This document shows, in pieces, positions 17,907 through 26,926 of a stretch of DNA of 64,000 nt. How positions within the stretch are numbered: the stretch's first letter is position 1; every line of letters begins with the position of its first letter. Origin of the DNA: an uncultured Bacteroidales bacterium (GTDB lineage: Bacteria > Bacteroidota > Bacteroidia > Bacteroidales > Muribaculaceae); NCBI GenBank assembly GCA_902776835.1, contig CACYRK010000027.1, positions 12,782 to 76,781 on the forward strand, read 5' to 3'. The notes under the pieces were generated by a model that had not been told where the DNA came from, searched no databases, and was given only the letters and a program-made list of their open reading frames with translations. The position numbers and the translations under genes are program-made.

Positions 17907-17953
17907 TGCGATTAATAATCTAAAATCATTAATAAAACTCTTCATCAAAAAAG

Positions 17954-18523
17954 ATGGTTCTACCTATTTATTTATATGGTCATCCTGTGCTGCGGGCCGT
18001 GGCACAACCAGTGACTCCTGACTATCCTGGCCTGGCCGAACTCATACAGAACATGAAGGAAACCATGTACGGCAGCGACGGCATCGGCATCGCTGCACCG
18101 CAAGTGGGTGTGAGTCTGCGCCTGGTGTATATCGACGTCAATGTGCTTGGCGACGACATGCCTGAACTCAAGGGCGTGCACATGACACTCATCAACCCCG
18201 AGATTACCGTCGACGAGAGCGTCGCCACCACCAGCCGCGAGGAGGGCTGCCTGAGTCTCCCTGGCATTCATGAGAACGTGGCACGCCACGAGAAGATTCA
18301 CCTCAAGTGGCACGACGAGGAGTGGAACGTGCACGAGCAGGACATCGAGGGCTACCTGGCCCGCGTGGTGCAGCACGAGTGCGACCACCTCGACGGCACA
18401 GTGTTTACCGACCGCATCTCGCCCATACGCAAGCAGATGGTGCGCACTAAACTCGGCAACATCCTCAAGGGCAAGGTGCACTGCAACTACCGCACTAAGG
18501 GTGCCAAGCCCGGACGCAAATAA
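17954..18523 (+). CDS. def: Peptide deformylase
   Basis: GIGIAAPQVG, EGCLSLPG, QHECDHLDG motifs. Confidence 0.95.
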   Translation: MVLPIYLYGHPVLRAVAQPVTPDYPGLAELIQNMKETMYGSDGIGIAAPQVGVSLRLVYIDVNVLGDDMPELKGVHMTLINPEITVDESVATTSREEGCLSLPGIHENVARHEKIHLKWHDEEWNVHEQDIEGYLARVVQHECDHLDGTVFTDRISPIRKQMVRTKLGNILKGKVHCNYRTKGAKPGRK

Positions 18524-18569
18524 GAATCGCATTATTTAATAATGTGTATGTCACTAAAAACATAACACT

Positions 18570-19130
18570 ATGAAACGAATTATTGCTATTATTTGCATCG
18601 CAATGTGCCTGGCCACATCATTCTCATTCAACGCCGATGCGCAGAAGCGTCGCAAGGGAAAGGCTCGCACAACGCGAACGACCTCAAAGTCTACCGCCAC
18701 TCAACGCACCTCGGCAGGTCTTACATTCCGAACCTTTACCAAGAGGGCAAAAGAGCAGGGTAAGGTTTATCAATCGGCCAATGAAAGAGGGGTAACGGTT
18801 AGTAACTTGCTGTCGATGGGCTTTGTGCTGGTCAATAGGGTGACCGAGAGGCGCGCTGATTACACCGGCGAAGAGTATTATGACGCTATCATTGAAACCT
18901 ACAGCAAAACGGTAGACGATAAGACAACCACCATTTTGCTGGAGGAGGAATACACCGAGATTACTTTCCCCAATGCCGAAGATGCCAATATATTCTTCGC
19001 GTCGGCTAAGGCAACAGGCTTGAAAAAAGAGGGAAATACCCTCATTGATAACCCTGACATTTACTGGGCTGGCACTAATGTGGAAATTAATGGAAATGTT
19101 GTGAAATTATATTATCGCTGGGAGGCATAA
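18570..19130 (+). CDS. Hypothetical secreted protein
   Basis: Signal peptide (MKRIIAIICIAMCLATSFSFNADA), then a basic K/R/T-rich linker. No family recognised; somewhat AT-richer than its flanks. Confidence 0.55.
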   Translation: MKRIIAIICIAMCLATSFSFNADAQKRRKGKARTTRTTSKSTATQRTSAGLTFRTFTKRAKEQGKVYQSANERGVTVSNLLSMGFVLVNRVTERRADYTGEEYYDAIIETYSKTVDDKTTTILLEEEYTEITFPNAEDANIFFASAKATGLKKEGNTLIDNPDIYWAGTNVEINGNVVKLYYRWEA

Positions 19131-19150
19131 CATTTTAAAGACATAAAGAT

Positions 19151-19642
19151 ATGGAAAACAACGTAATAATTACCGATCGCGACCGTGAATTCATTCGCAT
19201 GGCTTGCGAAATTGCTAACGAGAACATCGACCGTGGTGGCGGCCCGTTTGGGGCAGTTATTGTACACAATGACGAAATAGTCTCCACTGGTGCTAACTCT
19301 GTCACACTCGACAACGACCCTACGGCTCATGCCGAGGTCAATGCCATTCGCCGCGCTTGCGAGTTGAAGGGCAACTTTAAACTTGATGATTGTGTGGTTT
19401 ACAGTTCGTGCGAGCCGTGCCCGATGTGCTTGAGCGCACTTTACTGGGCCGGTGTTAAGCGGGTGTACTATGCCAACACCAAGCATGAGGCTGCATGCGC
19501 CAATTTTGACGACAGTTTCATCTACGAAGAAATCGAAAAACCGCATCTCGAGCGCTCAATACCGTGCATACATGTGCACGATGAGCATGCTAACGACCAC
19601 TTCCGCAAGTGGATGGAGAAAACCGACAAAACACCTTATTGA
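19151..19642 (+). CDS. Nucleoside/guanine deaminase (CMP/dCMP-type zinc deaminase)
   Basis: GGPFGAVIV, HAEVNAIR, SCEPCPMC zinc-binding motifs. Confidence 0.85.
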   Translation: MENNVIITDRDREFIRMACEIANENIDRGGGPFGAVIVHNDEIVSTGANSVTLDNDPTAHAEVNAIRRACELKGNFKLDDCVVYSSCEPCPMCLSALYWAGVKRVYYANTKHEAACANFDDSFIYEEIEKPHLERSIPCIHVHDEHANDHFRKWMEKTDKTPY

Positions 19643-19655
19643 TTCTATAGTTTAA

Positions 19656-19913
19656 CGCTTCAATGTTTACAGCAAAGTCAAGGTTGAGAACATCGACGAT
19701 GCCATCGACCTTAAGGACAACACCAAGCCCGTTGACTTCGGCGTGGGTTTGGGCGGTACCTATTATCTTACCGACAGGGCTTTCTTGCAGGCTCGCTACA
19801 CGATGGGCCTAACGGGCATGTTCGACAAGGAGGAGAGAGTCAATGAGTTTTTCAACATCGATCATGCCAAAAATGGCAACATCCAGGTGGCATTTGGCTG
19901 GAAGTTTAAGTAA
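19656..19913 (+). pseudogene. 5'-truncated remnant of a porin-family outer-membrane beta-barrel gene (paralog of 20101..20670 and 20804..21406)
   Basis: The frame is open only from 19656 and has no start codon. It translates to FNVYSKVKVENIDDAIDLKDNTKPVDFGVGLGGTYYLTDRAFLQARYTMGLTGMF...NGNIQVAFGWKFK*, which aligns with the C-terminal ~85 aa of the two downstream paralogs. It begins 14 nt after the deaminase stop. Confidence 0.8.
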
Positions 19914-20100
19914 TGCTCACGCATATGGTTTAATGCGTAAATACCTGTTTTTTCGAGAAAAATGCAGAAAAATGTGGTCCTTTTAGGCTTGAGAGTGTTC
20001 AAAAGTTCGCATTCGTTTAAACCTATTGATTTTGCATTTGTCTTAGATGCGTAAAGTTTGAGAATTCATAATTTATTTTATTAATTAATATTTTAAAACA

Positions 20101-20670
20101 ATGAAGAAAGTTATTATCATGCTCGCTGCTGCAATGATCAGCATGGGCGCAATGGCACAAGTTCAATTTGGCGCAAAGGTCGGTGCAGACCTCACTAACT
20201 TCTGGGGTGAGAACGTCGATCACGGCATGAAGCCAGGTTATCAGTTTGGTGTGCTGATGGAGTACAAGTTCAACGATAAGTTTGCTATCGCTCCTGAGGC
20301 AGTCTTTGCTGCACAAGGTGGCAAGCACGACTATGACCACGGTGATGTTACTTACAACACCAACTACATCAACGTGCCTGTGATGCTGAAGTGCTATGTG
20401 GCTCCCAATTTCGCTATCGATCTGGGTCCCCAAGTAGGCTTTAACGTGTACAGCAAGGTTACTAGCGACCTCGGCGATGTTGACAACACTGTCGACCTGA
20501 AGGACGATACTAAGGCTGTTGACTTCGGTGTAGGCCTGGGTGCTACCTACAGCCTCACTGAGAACGCTTTCCTGCAGGCTCGTTACACTATGGGTTTGAC
20601 CGAAGTCTTTGATAACGACGCAAAGGCTAAGAACGGCAACATCCAGGTGGCTTTCGGCTGGAAGTTCTAA
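20101..20670 (+). CDS. Porin-family outer-membrane beta-barrel protein (OMP_b-brl type), paralog 1
   Basis: Signal peptide MKKVIIMLAAAMISMGAMAQ; alternating beta-strand pattern; C-terminal ...NGNIQVAFGWKF. Confidence 0.8.
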   Translation: MKKVIIMLAAAMISMGAMAQVQFGAKVGADLTNFWGENVDHGMKPGYQFGVLMEYKFNDKFAIAPEAVFAAQGGKHDYDHGDVTYNTNYINVPVMLKCYVAPNFAIDLGPQVGFNVYSKVTSDLGDVDNTVDLKDDTKAVDFGVGLGATYSLTENAFLQARYTMGLTEVFDNDAKAKNGNIQVAFGWKF

Positions 20671-20803
20671 TTGACACAATCAATTCAGTAAAATGCGACT
20701 CTCACCCAGGTGGGAGCCGCATTCTTTACTGATGATGTGAACAATTTCTTAATCCGTTTTAAATCAAATAAAAGAGTATTTTATTAAATTTTATTTAACA
20801 ACT

Positions 20804-21406
20804 ATGAAGAAAGTTATTATTATGCTCGCTGCTGCTCTGATCAGCGTGAGCGCAATGGCACAAGTGCGTTTTGGTGTTAAGGTCGGTGCTGACCTTACCA
20901 ACTTCTGGGGTGAGGACATCGATCACGGCATGAAGCCCGCTTATCAAATTGGTGCTTTGATGGAGTACAAGTTTAACGACAAGTTCGCCATCGCTCCTGA
21001 GGCAGTCTTCGCTGCACAGGGTGGCAAATATTCTGATGAGGCTATGGGCGCTAAGTTCGACATGACTTACAACACCAACTACATCAACGTGCCCGTTATG
21101 CTCAAGTACTATGTGACCCCTGATTTCGCTATCGACCTGGGTCCCCAAGTAGGCTTCAATGTCTACAGCAAGACAACTGTCGAAGGCAAGGGCTCTTTTG
21201 GCGGCGTTAACATTGAGGACAAAGAGACCTTCGACCTGAAGGACGATACTAAGGCTGTTGACTTCGGTGTAGGTCTGGGTGCTACCTACAACCTCACCGA
21301 GAACGCTTTCCTGCAGGCTCGCTACACCCTTGGCCTGACCGAGGTGTATGAAAACGGCGAGGCTAAGAACGGCAACATCCAGGTGGCTTTCGGCTGGAAG
21401 TTCTAA
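20804..21406 (+). CDS. Porin-family outer-membrane beta-barrel protein, paralog 2
   Basis: Shares the same N-terminus, strands and C-terminus as 20101..20670. Differences cluster in three short segments. Confidence 0.8.
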   Translation: MKKVIIMLAAALISVSAMAQVRFGVKVGADLTNFWGEDIDHGMKPAYQIGALMEYKFNDKFAIAPEAVFAAQGGKYSDEAMGAKFDMTYNTNYINVPVMLKYYVTPDFAIDLGPQVGFNVYSKTTVEGKGSFGGVNIEDKETFDLKDDTKAVDFGVGLGATYNLTENAFLQARYTLGLTEVYENGEAKNGNIQVAFGWKF

Positions 21407-21445
21407 TTCAGAAACAGTTTCACAACACAACAAGGCGGCTCACAC

Positions 21446-22087
21446 TCAGGTGTGGGCCGTCTTTGCGTAATGCCGGCAGTATTGGCTGATGGCGCAGTTT
21501 GGGCAGTCGGGCTTCTGGGCCTTGCACACATAGCGGCCGTGGAGCAGAATCCAATGATGGGCGTTGAAGCGCAACGCGGCGGGGATGTGGCGCGTGAGCG
21601 ACTGCTCGACCTCGAGAGGTGTCTTGCCACGCGACAGGCCTATGCGCCGCGACACGCGAAACACGTGAGTGTCGACGGCTATCGCCGCCTGGCCAAACAC
21701 GGCCCCAAGCATTACGTTGGCTGTCTTGCGGCCCACACCGGGTAGGCTGGTGAGTTCGGCCATAGTGCCGGGCACCTCACCGCCGAAGTCCTGAATGAGT
21801 TTTACGGCCAAGTCGTGCAGGTGGCGCGATTTGCTGTTGGGGTACGACACACTTTTGATGTGCTCGAGGATATCGTCGGCACTGGCGGCAGCCATGGCTT
21901 GCGGAGTGGGGTAGGCGGCAAAGAGGCCCGGGGTGACCATGTTGACGCGAGCGTCGGTGCATTGTGCCGAGAGAACAACAGCCACCAGCAACTCAAAGGG
22001 TGAGCCGTAAGTGAGTTCGGTGCCGGGGTTGGGCTGCTCCTTTGCAAAGTAGGCAAGGATGCCGTCGTAGCGTTCTTGAAGTGTCAT
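21446..22087 (-). CDS. nth: Endonuclease III
   Basis: HhH-GPD (LPGVGRKTANV) and the 4Fe-4S cluster loop CKAQKPDCPNCAISQYC. Confidence 0.93.
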   Translation of the reverse strand: MTLQERYDGILAYFAKEQPNPGTELTYGSPFELLVAVVLSAQCTDARVNMVTPGLFAAYPTPQAMAAASADDILEHIKSVSYPNSKSRHLHDLAVKLIQDFGGEVPGTMAELTSLPGVGRKTANVMLGAVFGQAAIAVDTHVFRVSRRIGLSRGKTPLEVEQSLTRHIPAALRFNAHHWILLHGRYVCKAQKPDCPNCAISQYCRHYAKTAHT

Positions 22088-22123
22088 AGTGGTGGAATGA
22101 TATATCTTAGAAACTCCGATGAT

Positions 22124-22160
22124 AAAAAAGCGTCCCGCACACGAGTTGGTGGCGGGACGT
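22124..22160 (-). terminator. Rho-independent terminator after pheS
   Basis: The minus strand reads acgtcccgc-n13-gcgggacgc followed by tttttta. Confidence 0.7.
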
Positions 22161-22177
22161 TGTGTGATTGTCGTTAA

Positions 22178-23215
22178 TTAATGTGCGCTGCGGAACTCGT
22201 TCAGGAAGCGCACATCGTTCTCGCTGAACATGCGCAAGTCTTTCACCATATATTTCAGGTTGGTGATGCGCTCGATGCCCAAACCGAAGGCGTAGCCGCT
22301 GTACACTGTGCTGTCGATGCCGCTGGCCTCGAGCACATTGGGGTCGACCATGCCGCAGCCTAAAATCTCCACCCAGCCGGTGTGCTTGCAGAAGCCGCAG
22401 CCCTCGCCGCCGCACAGCATGCACGACACGTCCATCTCGGCACTGGGCTCGGTGAACGGGAAGTAACTGGGGCGCAGACGAATCTTCGTGTCGGGACCAA
22501 ACAACTCCTTGGCAAAGTACAGCAGCACCTGCTTGAGGTCGGCAAAACTCACGTTCTTGTCGATATACAGTCCCTCAATCTGGTGGAAGAAGCAGTGGGC
22601 GCGCGCCGTGATGGCCTCGTTGCGATACACGCGGCCCGGGCAGATGATGCGGATGGGCGGCTGCTTGCGCTCCATGGTGCGCACCTGCACCGAACTGGTG
22701 TGCGAGCGAAGCACGATATTGCGGGTCACGTCGTCCTTGTTTTGCTCGATGAAGAAGGTGTCCTGCATGTCGCGGGCAGGATGGTCGGCGGCAAAGTTCA
22801 GCGCGCTGAACACGTGCCAGTCGTCCTCAACCTCCGGGCCGTCGGCCAGCGTGAAGCCCACGCGCGAGAAGATGTCGATAATCTGCTTGCGAACCACGCT
22901 AATGGGGTGGCGTGTGCCCAACTCGGCAGGAAACGACGGACGGGTGATGTCGATCTTGTTCTGCTCCTTGGCCTGAGTCTGCACGCTTTCCTTTATTTGT
23001 GCGATTTTCTCGGTGGCCAGGTTTTTCAGTTCGTTGAGTTTTTGGCCCAACTCGCGCTTTTGTTCAGGAGCCACGGTCTTGAATTCGTTGAAGAGCGCGG
23101 TGATTTCTCCTTTCTTGCTCAGATATTTGATTCTGAGGGCTTCCAACGCTTCTTCGTTCGAGGCGTGGAGGTCTTTGATTTGCCCTTTGAGGGCCTCAAT
23201 CTTTTCGAGTATCAT
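22178..23215 (-). CDS. pheS: Phenylalanine--tRNA ligase alpha subunit
   Basis: Class II aaRS motifs (FPFTEPSAEMDV, GLGIERI). Start set to ATG 23215 (MILEKIEALKGQI), downstream of a TAACTTTG box. Confidence 0.93.
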   Translation of the reverse strand: MILEKIEALKGQIKDLHASNEEALEALRIKYLSKKGEITALFNEFKTVAPEQKRELGQKLNELKNLATEKIAQIKESVQTQAKEQNKIDITRPSFPAELGTRHPISVVRKQIIDIFSRVGFTLADGPEVEDDWHVFSALNFAADHPARDMQDTFFIEQNKDDVTRNIVLRSHTSSVQVRTMERKQPPIRIICPGRVYRNEAITARAHCFFHQIEGLYIDKNVSFADLKQVLLYFAKELFGPDTKIRLRPSYFPFTEPSAEMDVSCMLCGGEGCGFCKHTGWVEILGCGMVDPNVLEASGIDSTVYSGYAFGLGIERITNLKYMVKDLRMFSENDVRFLNEFRSAH

Positions 23216-23239
23216 AATTGTTGCTAAATTTTCAAGTTG

Positions 23240-23247
23240 CAAAGTTA
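23240..23247 (-). promoter_or_regulatory. -7 promoter box (TAACTTTG) for pheS
   Basis: Exact TAnnTTTG on the minus strand, 24 nt upstream of ATG 23215. Confidence 0.5.
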
Positions 23248-23268
23248 GTGAAATTCATCGAAAATCTC

Positions 23269-23276
23269 TATATTTG
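23269..23276 (+). promoter_or_regulatory. Possible -7 box (TATATTTG) for tilS
   Basis: Exact TAnnTTTG but only 4 nt before ATG 23281, so its function is doubtful. Confidence 0.3.
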
Positions 23277-23280
23277 TGGC

Positions 23281-24609
23281 ATGGAAAAATCACAATTTGT
23301 TGCTCACGTGGCTAATTTTGCGTCGCAGCACGCGCTATGGACGCCCCACGCCCGGCTGCTGGTGGCACTCAGCGGCGGTGCCGATTCGGTGGCTTTGTTG
23401 CTCACTTTGCGGCAGTTAGGCCTCGGCTGCGTGGCGGCACATTGCAATTTTCACTTGCGGGGCGACGAGTCGGAACGCGACGAGCATTTTGTGCGCTCGT
23501 TGTGCGACCGCCTGGGCGTGCCAGTGCAGGTGGTGCACTTCGACGTGGAGGCGTACCGACGCCAGCATGGCGTGTCGGTCGAGATGGCGTGCCGCGAGTT
23601 GCGCTACGCCTGGTTTGAGCAGCAGCGTTGCGAGCAAGGCTGCGCCGACATCGCCGTGGCTCATCATGCCGACGATAATGTGGAGACGCTGATACTCAAC
23701 CTGTTACGCTCCACTGGGCTGGCTGGGCTCACAGGTATAAAGCCTCGTAATGGCCACATTGTCAGGCCATTGCTATGCGTCACGCGCCAGCAGGTCGAGG
23801 ATTTCCTTGCCCAGCAGGGCCAGCAGTATGTGGTCGACAGCACCAACCGTGAGTTGGACTACAAGCGCAATCGCGTGCGCAACGTGCTGCTGCCCGCGCT
23901 CGATGCTGTCGACCCGGCCGCACGCCAGGCCTTGCTCGCCATGATGGAGCATGTGGGGCAGGCGCGCGAACTCTACGACGACCTGCTCGACATGGCGCGC
24001 CGCCAGGTGGTCACCACCGCCGGCCCGGTGACGCAGTTCTCGCGACAGGCGCTTGCCGCCGTGCCTCACAGCGCCATGCTGCTCTATGAGTTGCTCAAGG
24101 CGAAGGGCTTCAATCGCCAGCAGTGCGAACAGGCGCTCACGGCCGCCGTGGGAAGTTCTTTTGCCGCCGGCCACTACGTGTTGGAGGTGGGGCGCGAAAT
24201 GCTCGCCCTCAGCGAGGCACCGGCCGTGGCCACCGGGCACCTGGTCGATTGGGACAACCTGTCATCGCTGCCGGCATCCATCGCGTTGCGGCGTGTGCGC
24301 GACAGCGAGTTCCAGCCTTCGCTGGTCGACGGTCGGCGCAGCATAGCGCTCGACAGTCGCGTGCTTGGCGCTAACGCGGTGTTGCGGCCATGGCGGCAGG
24401 GCGACCGCATGACGCCGTTCGGCATGCGGGGCAGCAAGTTGGTGAGCGACATCTTTGCCGACGCCAAACTAGATGCTTGGCAAAAGCGGCAGCAATGGAT
24501 TCTGGAGGTCGACGGCACCATTGTGTGGCTGCTGGGCCTGCGCGCCGCGGCAGATTTTGCCGTGTCGCCACAGTGTCGCGACTACATTGTGCTCACGTGT
24601 GAAGATTAG
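23281..24609 (+). CDS. tilS: tRNA(Ile)-lysidine synthetase
   Basis: PP-loop LVALSGGADS. Start at ATG 23281 (MEKSQFV...); the track's upstream extension overlaps pheS. Confidence 0.9.
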   Translation: MEKSQFVAHVANFASQHALWTPHARLLVALSGGADSVALLLTLRQLGLGCVAAHCNFHLRGDESERDEHFVRSLCDRLGVPVQVVHFDVEAYRRQHGVSVEMACRELRYAWFEQQRCEQGCADIAVAHHADDNVETLILNLLRSTGLAGLTGIKPRNGHIVRPLLCVTRQQVEDFLAQQGQQYVVDSTNRELDYKRNRVRNVLLPALDAVDPAARQALLAMMEHVGQARELYDDLLDMARRQVVTTAGPVTQFSRQALAAVPHSAMLLYELLKAKGFNRQQCEQALTAAVGSSFAAGHYVLEVGREMLALSEAPAVATGHLVDWDNLSSLPASIALRRVRDSEFQPSLVDGRRSIALDSRVLGANAVLRPWRQGDRMTPFGMRGSKLVSDIFADAKLDAWQKRQQWILEVDGTIVWLLGLRAAADFAVSPQCRDYIVLTCED

Positions 24610-24656
24610 TCCGAATCAGGTTAAAAAAATCACTTGTGCGTTCGGGCGTTTTTTTG

Positions 24657-24664
24657 TAATTTTG
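24657..24664 (+). promoter_or_regulatory. -7 promoter box (TAATTTTG) for the DUF4886-dockerin gene
   Basis: Exact TAnnTTTG in tttttttgtaattttg, 20 nt upstream of GTG 24685. Confidence 0.5.
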
Positions 24665-24684
24665 TGAGTTAAAAAAGATAATTT

Positions 24685-25806
24685 GTGAAACGACTGTTTA
24701 CATGGCTGATGATATTGGTTGCCGCTACTGCGATGACCATGGCACACGCGCGCCAAACGCTGCGTGTGCTCGCCATTGGCAACAGTTTCACCACCGATGC
24801 CTTGGGTTACATGCCGTGGATGATGAAGGCGATGGCTAACGATGTCGACCTCACCCTCGGACTTGTGTACAGCGGAGGATACACCTTGCGCCAGCATTGG
24901 TATAACGGAGCGCGCGACACGGTAGCCTATCGCCATTTCAGCAAGTGTGTGCGCGGCACGCGCTGGGTCGAGCCGTATACCCAATACACCTGCACGCTCG
25001 AGCAGGCTGTAACACATGATCATTGGGACATCATCTTGCTGCAGCAGGGCAGTAGCCAAAGCCGTAACTATGGCCAGTATCAGCCTTATCTCAATTATTT
25101 GATCAACTGGCTGAATAAGCACGTAACGAACGAGAATGTGATTTACGGCTGGCTATTGCCACAGGCGTGGGCCAACGGATATCAAGATCTCGGTGAAGAC
25201 ACCAGCCTCGACATGTTTGCCGACATGGCGGCGTGCGCGCAACGTGTGCTCAACGAGACAGCCGTCAGTTTCGTCATCCCTTGCGGCACCTCCATTGAGA
25301 ATGCCCGCATGACGCCGCTCGACACCATCGGGGTCTTCGGACACCTGTCGCTCGACGGCATGCACCTGCAGGAGGGCATACCTTGCCTGCTCGAGGCTTA
25401 TGTGGCGGCGCAAACCTTGCTGCAACAAATCGGGCGACAGGTCGAACTGCCCGCCACGCTGTTCAACGTCACCCAGACGTGGGTAATCAACATCATCAGG
25501 CCCGACAAGCGCGGTGACGTCTACGGCTTTAACCATGCGATTCAGCGCATCTATGCCCGCAAGTGCATCGAGTTGGCCATGCAGTCGCCGTTCCAGCCCA
25601 TCCAGCCCATGGTGCCGCCATTAGGCGATGTGAATGCCGACTACTTGATTGACGTGCACGATATCAAGGCTTTGCAGCAAATCATCACCGAGAGCGCCAG
25701 CCCCAACGATTTCGGGGGGCTCTCCGACATCAACGGCGACGGCGTCGTCGACGTGGTCGACATCAACGAGATTATCACCATCATCACCGCCAATTCGCTG
25801 CAGTGA
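24685..25806 (+). CDS. Secreted DUF4886-type (SGNH-like) hydrolase with C-terminal dockerin-like repeats
   Basis: GTG start gives a proper signal peptide (MKRLFTWLMILVAATAMTMAHA). LRVLAIGNSFTTDA resembles DUF4886. The C-terminus GDVNADYLIDVHDIKALQQII...SDINGDGVVDVVDINEIITII forms two dockerin-type Ca-binding segments. Confidence 0.7.
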   Translation: MKRLFTWLMILVAATAMTMAHARQTLRVLAIGNSFTTDALGYMPWMMKAMANDVDLTLGLVYSGGYTLRQHWYNGARDTVAYRHFSKCVRGTRWVEPYTQYTCTLEQAVTHDHWDIILLQQGSSQSRNYGQYQPYLNYLINWLNKHVTNENVIYGWLLPQAWANGYQDLGEDTSLDMFADMAACAQRVLNETAVSFVIPCGTSIENARMTPLDTIGVFGHLSLDGMHLQEGIPCLLEAYVAAQTLLQQIGRQVELPATLFNVTQTWVINIIRPDKRGDVYGFNHAIQRIYARKCIELAMQSPFQPIQPMVPPLGDVNADYLIDVHDIKALQQIITESASPNDFGGLSDINGDGVVDVVDINEIITIITANSLQ

Positions 25807-25821
25807 CAACGTGAAAATACA

Positions 25822-25860
25822 GCGCGGCGGCCCTTGACACTCAGGGGCCGCCGCGGCGTT
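25822..25860. terminator. GC-rich hairpin between the convergent DUF4886 and TlpA-like genes
   Basis: gcgcggcggccc ... gggccgccgcgg stem; only a weak T-run. Confidence 0.45.
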
Positions 25861-25877
25861 ATGACGTGGGCATGGGG

Positions 25878-26699
25878 TCAGTGCACGTTGAAGAGCAACT
25901 TGACCAGCGTAGCGTTGTCTTTGTCGGGGTTGAGTTTCAACATGTTCAGCGCGTTCTCGATGCGGCTCAGGCTGGGCTCGTTCTTGATGAGCACGGTGCC
26001 ATCGGCAGCAAGCAGGTAGAACAGCGGCATGGTGGGCAGCGCGTAGGCGTCGTTTTCCTCGATGGCCTGAGCCTTGTCATAGCCGTTGACAATCCACGGC
26101 TCAAAGGTGTTGCGCTTCCACTGCTTCTGTTCCTTGCCGGGGTACACGGCCACGACGTTCAGTTCGCCGCCTTCGGCCATGTCTTTAACTAATTTGCTGG
26201 CCTCGAGGTTGGCCTTCACCTGGTGGCATGCCTCGCACGACGGGTCGTTGAAGTACACCAGGGTGGGCTTGCCGTTGCCGGCCAGCAACTGGGTCGTCTT
26301 GCCGTCGGCCAGCGTGAGTTGCACATCGGTGGCTGCGCCGCCAATGGCATTCTTCTTCGCCACGGCGAGCATGGCTTGCGGACGGGCTTTCTCCGAGCCG
26401 CTAAGCACGTAACTCGACACCACGTGGCTCAGGCCGACGGCGTAGAGCACCTCGTTGTGAAGGCTGTCGGCGGGGTCGCCCATGCGCTCAATCATCTCCA
26501 CCGCTTTGCGGTAACTCTTAGGCTGCTCGGCGAGGCTGTTGAGAGTGCTTTGAAGAATCATCACGGCGTTGTCCTGTGGGAAGTTCGACAACTGCATCAC
26601 CAGCCCGGTGAGTTTGTCGGTGTCAACGCCGTAAAACTGTGCGCTGGCCATCAGGTTGACAAGCGCAAAGAGTGCGATAAAACCAATTTTTTTCATCAT
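25878..26699 (-). CDS. Secreted thioredoxin-fold (TlpA-like) protein with DUF5106-like N-domain
   Basis: Signal peptide; YFNDPSCEACHQ (CxxC) in a thioredoxin-like C-half. Confidence 0.65.
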   Translation of the reverse strand: MMKKIGFIALFALVNLMASAQFYGVDTDKLTGLVMQLSNFPQDNAVMILQSTLNSLAEQPKSYRKAVEMIERMGDPADSLHNEVLYAVGLSHVVSSYVLSGSEKARPQAMLAVAKKNAIGGAATDVQLTLADGKTTQLLAGNGKPTLVYFNDPSCEACHQVKANLEASKLVKDMAEGGELNVVAVYPGKEQKQWKRNTFEPWIVNGYDKAQAIEENDAYALPTMPLFYLLAADGTVLIKNEPSLSRIENALNMLKLNPDKDNATLVKLLFNVH

Positions 26700-26761
26700 T
26701 CTATAGTTAATTTTTTCATTTCACAATTATCCAGGAAGCCACAGCGCATCCCTTCAGCCCG

Positions 26762-26769
26762 CAAAATTA
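26762..26769 (-). promoter_or_regulatory. -7 promoter box (TAATTTTG) for the TlpA-like gene
   Basis: Exact TAnnTTTG on the minus strand, 62 nt upstream of ATG 26699. Lies at the outer end of the long left inverted repeat of RAYT copy 1. Confidence 0.5.
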
Positions 26770-26823
26770 CAAAAAATTTCAATATCTCCTCCCAACACCC
26801 CTTAAAATCCACGCAACCGCAAT

Positions 26824-26874
26824 CCCGCCACACCTCCCCGCGGCACAACCGCGGCCACCAAACCCCGCTTGTGA
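26824..26874. repeat. REP-like hairpin repeat, left flank of RAYT copy 1
   Basis: Reverse complement of 27798..27848 (37/38 identical over tcacaRgcggggtttggtggccgcggttgtgccgcgg). Internal GCCGCGG-n5-CCGCGGC hairpin. Confidence 0.75.
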
Positions 26875-26914
26875 TTTTTTTTAAAAGAAAATTGCATTTT
26901 TCCTGCTGACGCGG

Positions 26915-26922
26915 TAAATTTG
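26915..26922 (+). promoter_or_regulatory. Possible -7 box (TAAATTTG) for RAYT copy 1
   Basis: Exact TAnnTTTG but only 4 nt before ATG 26927. Confidence 0.3.
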
Positions 26923-26926
26923 CAAT

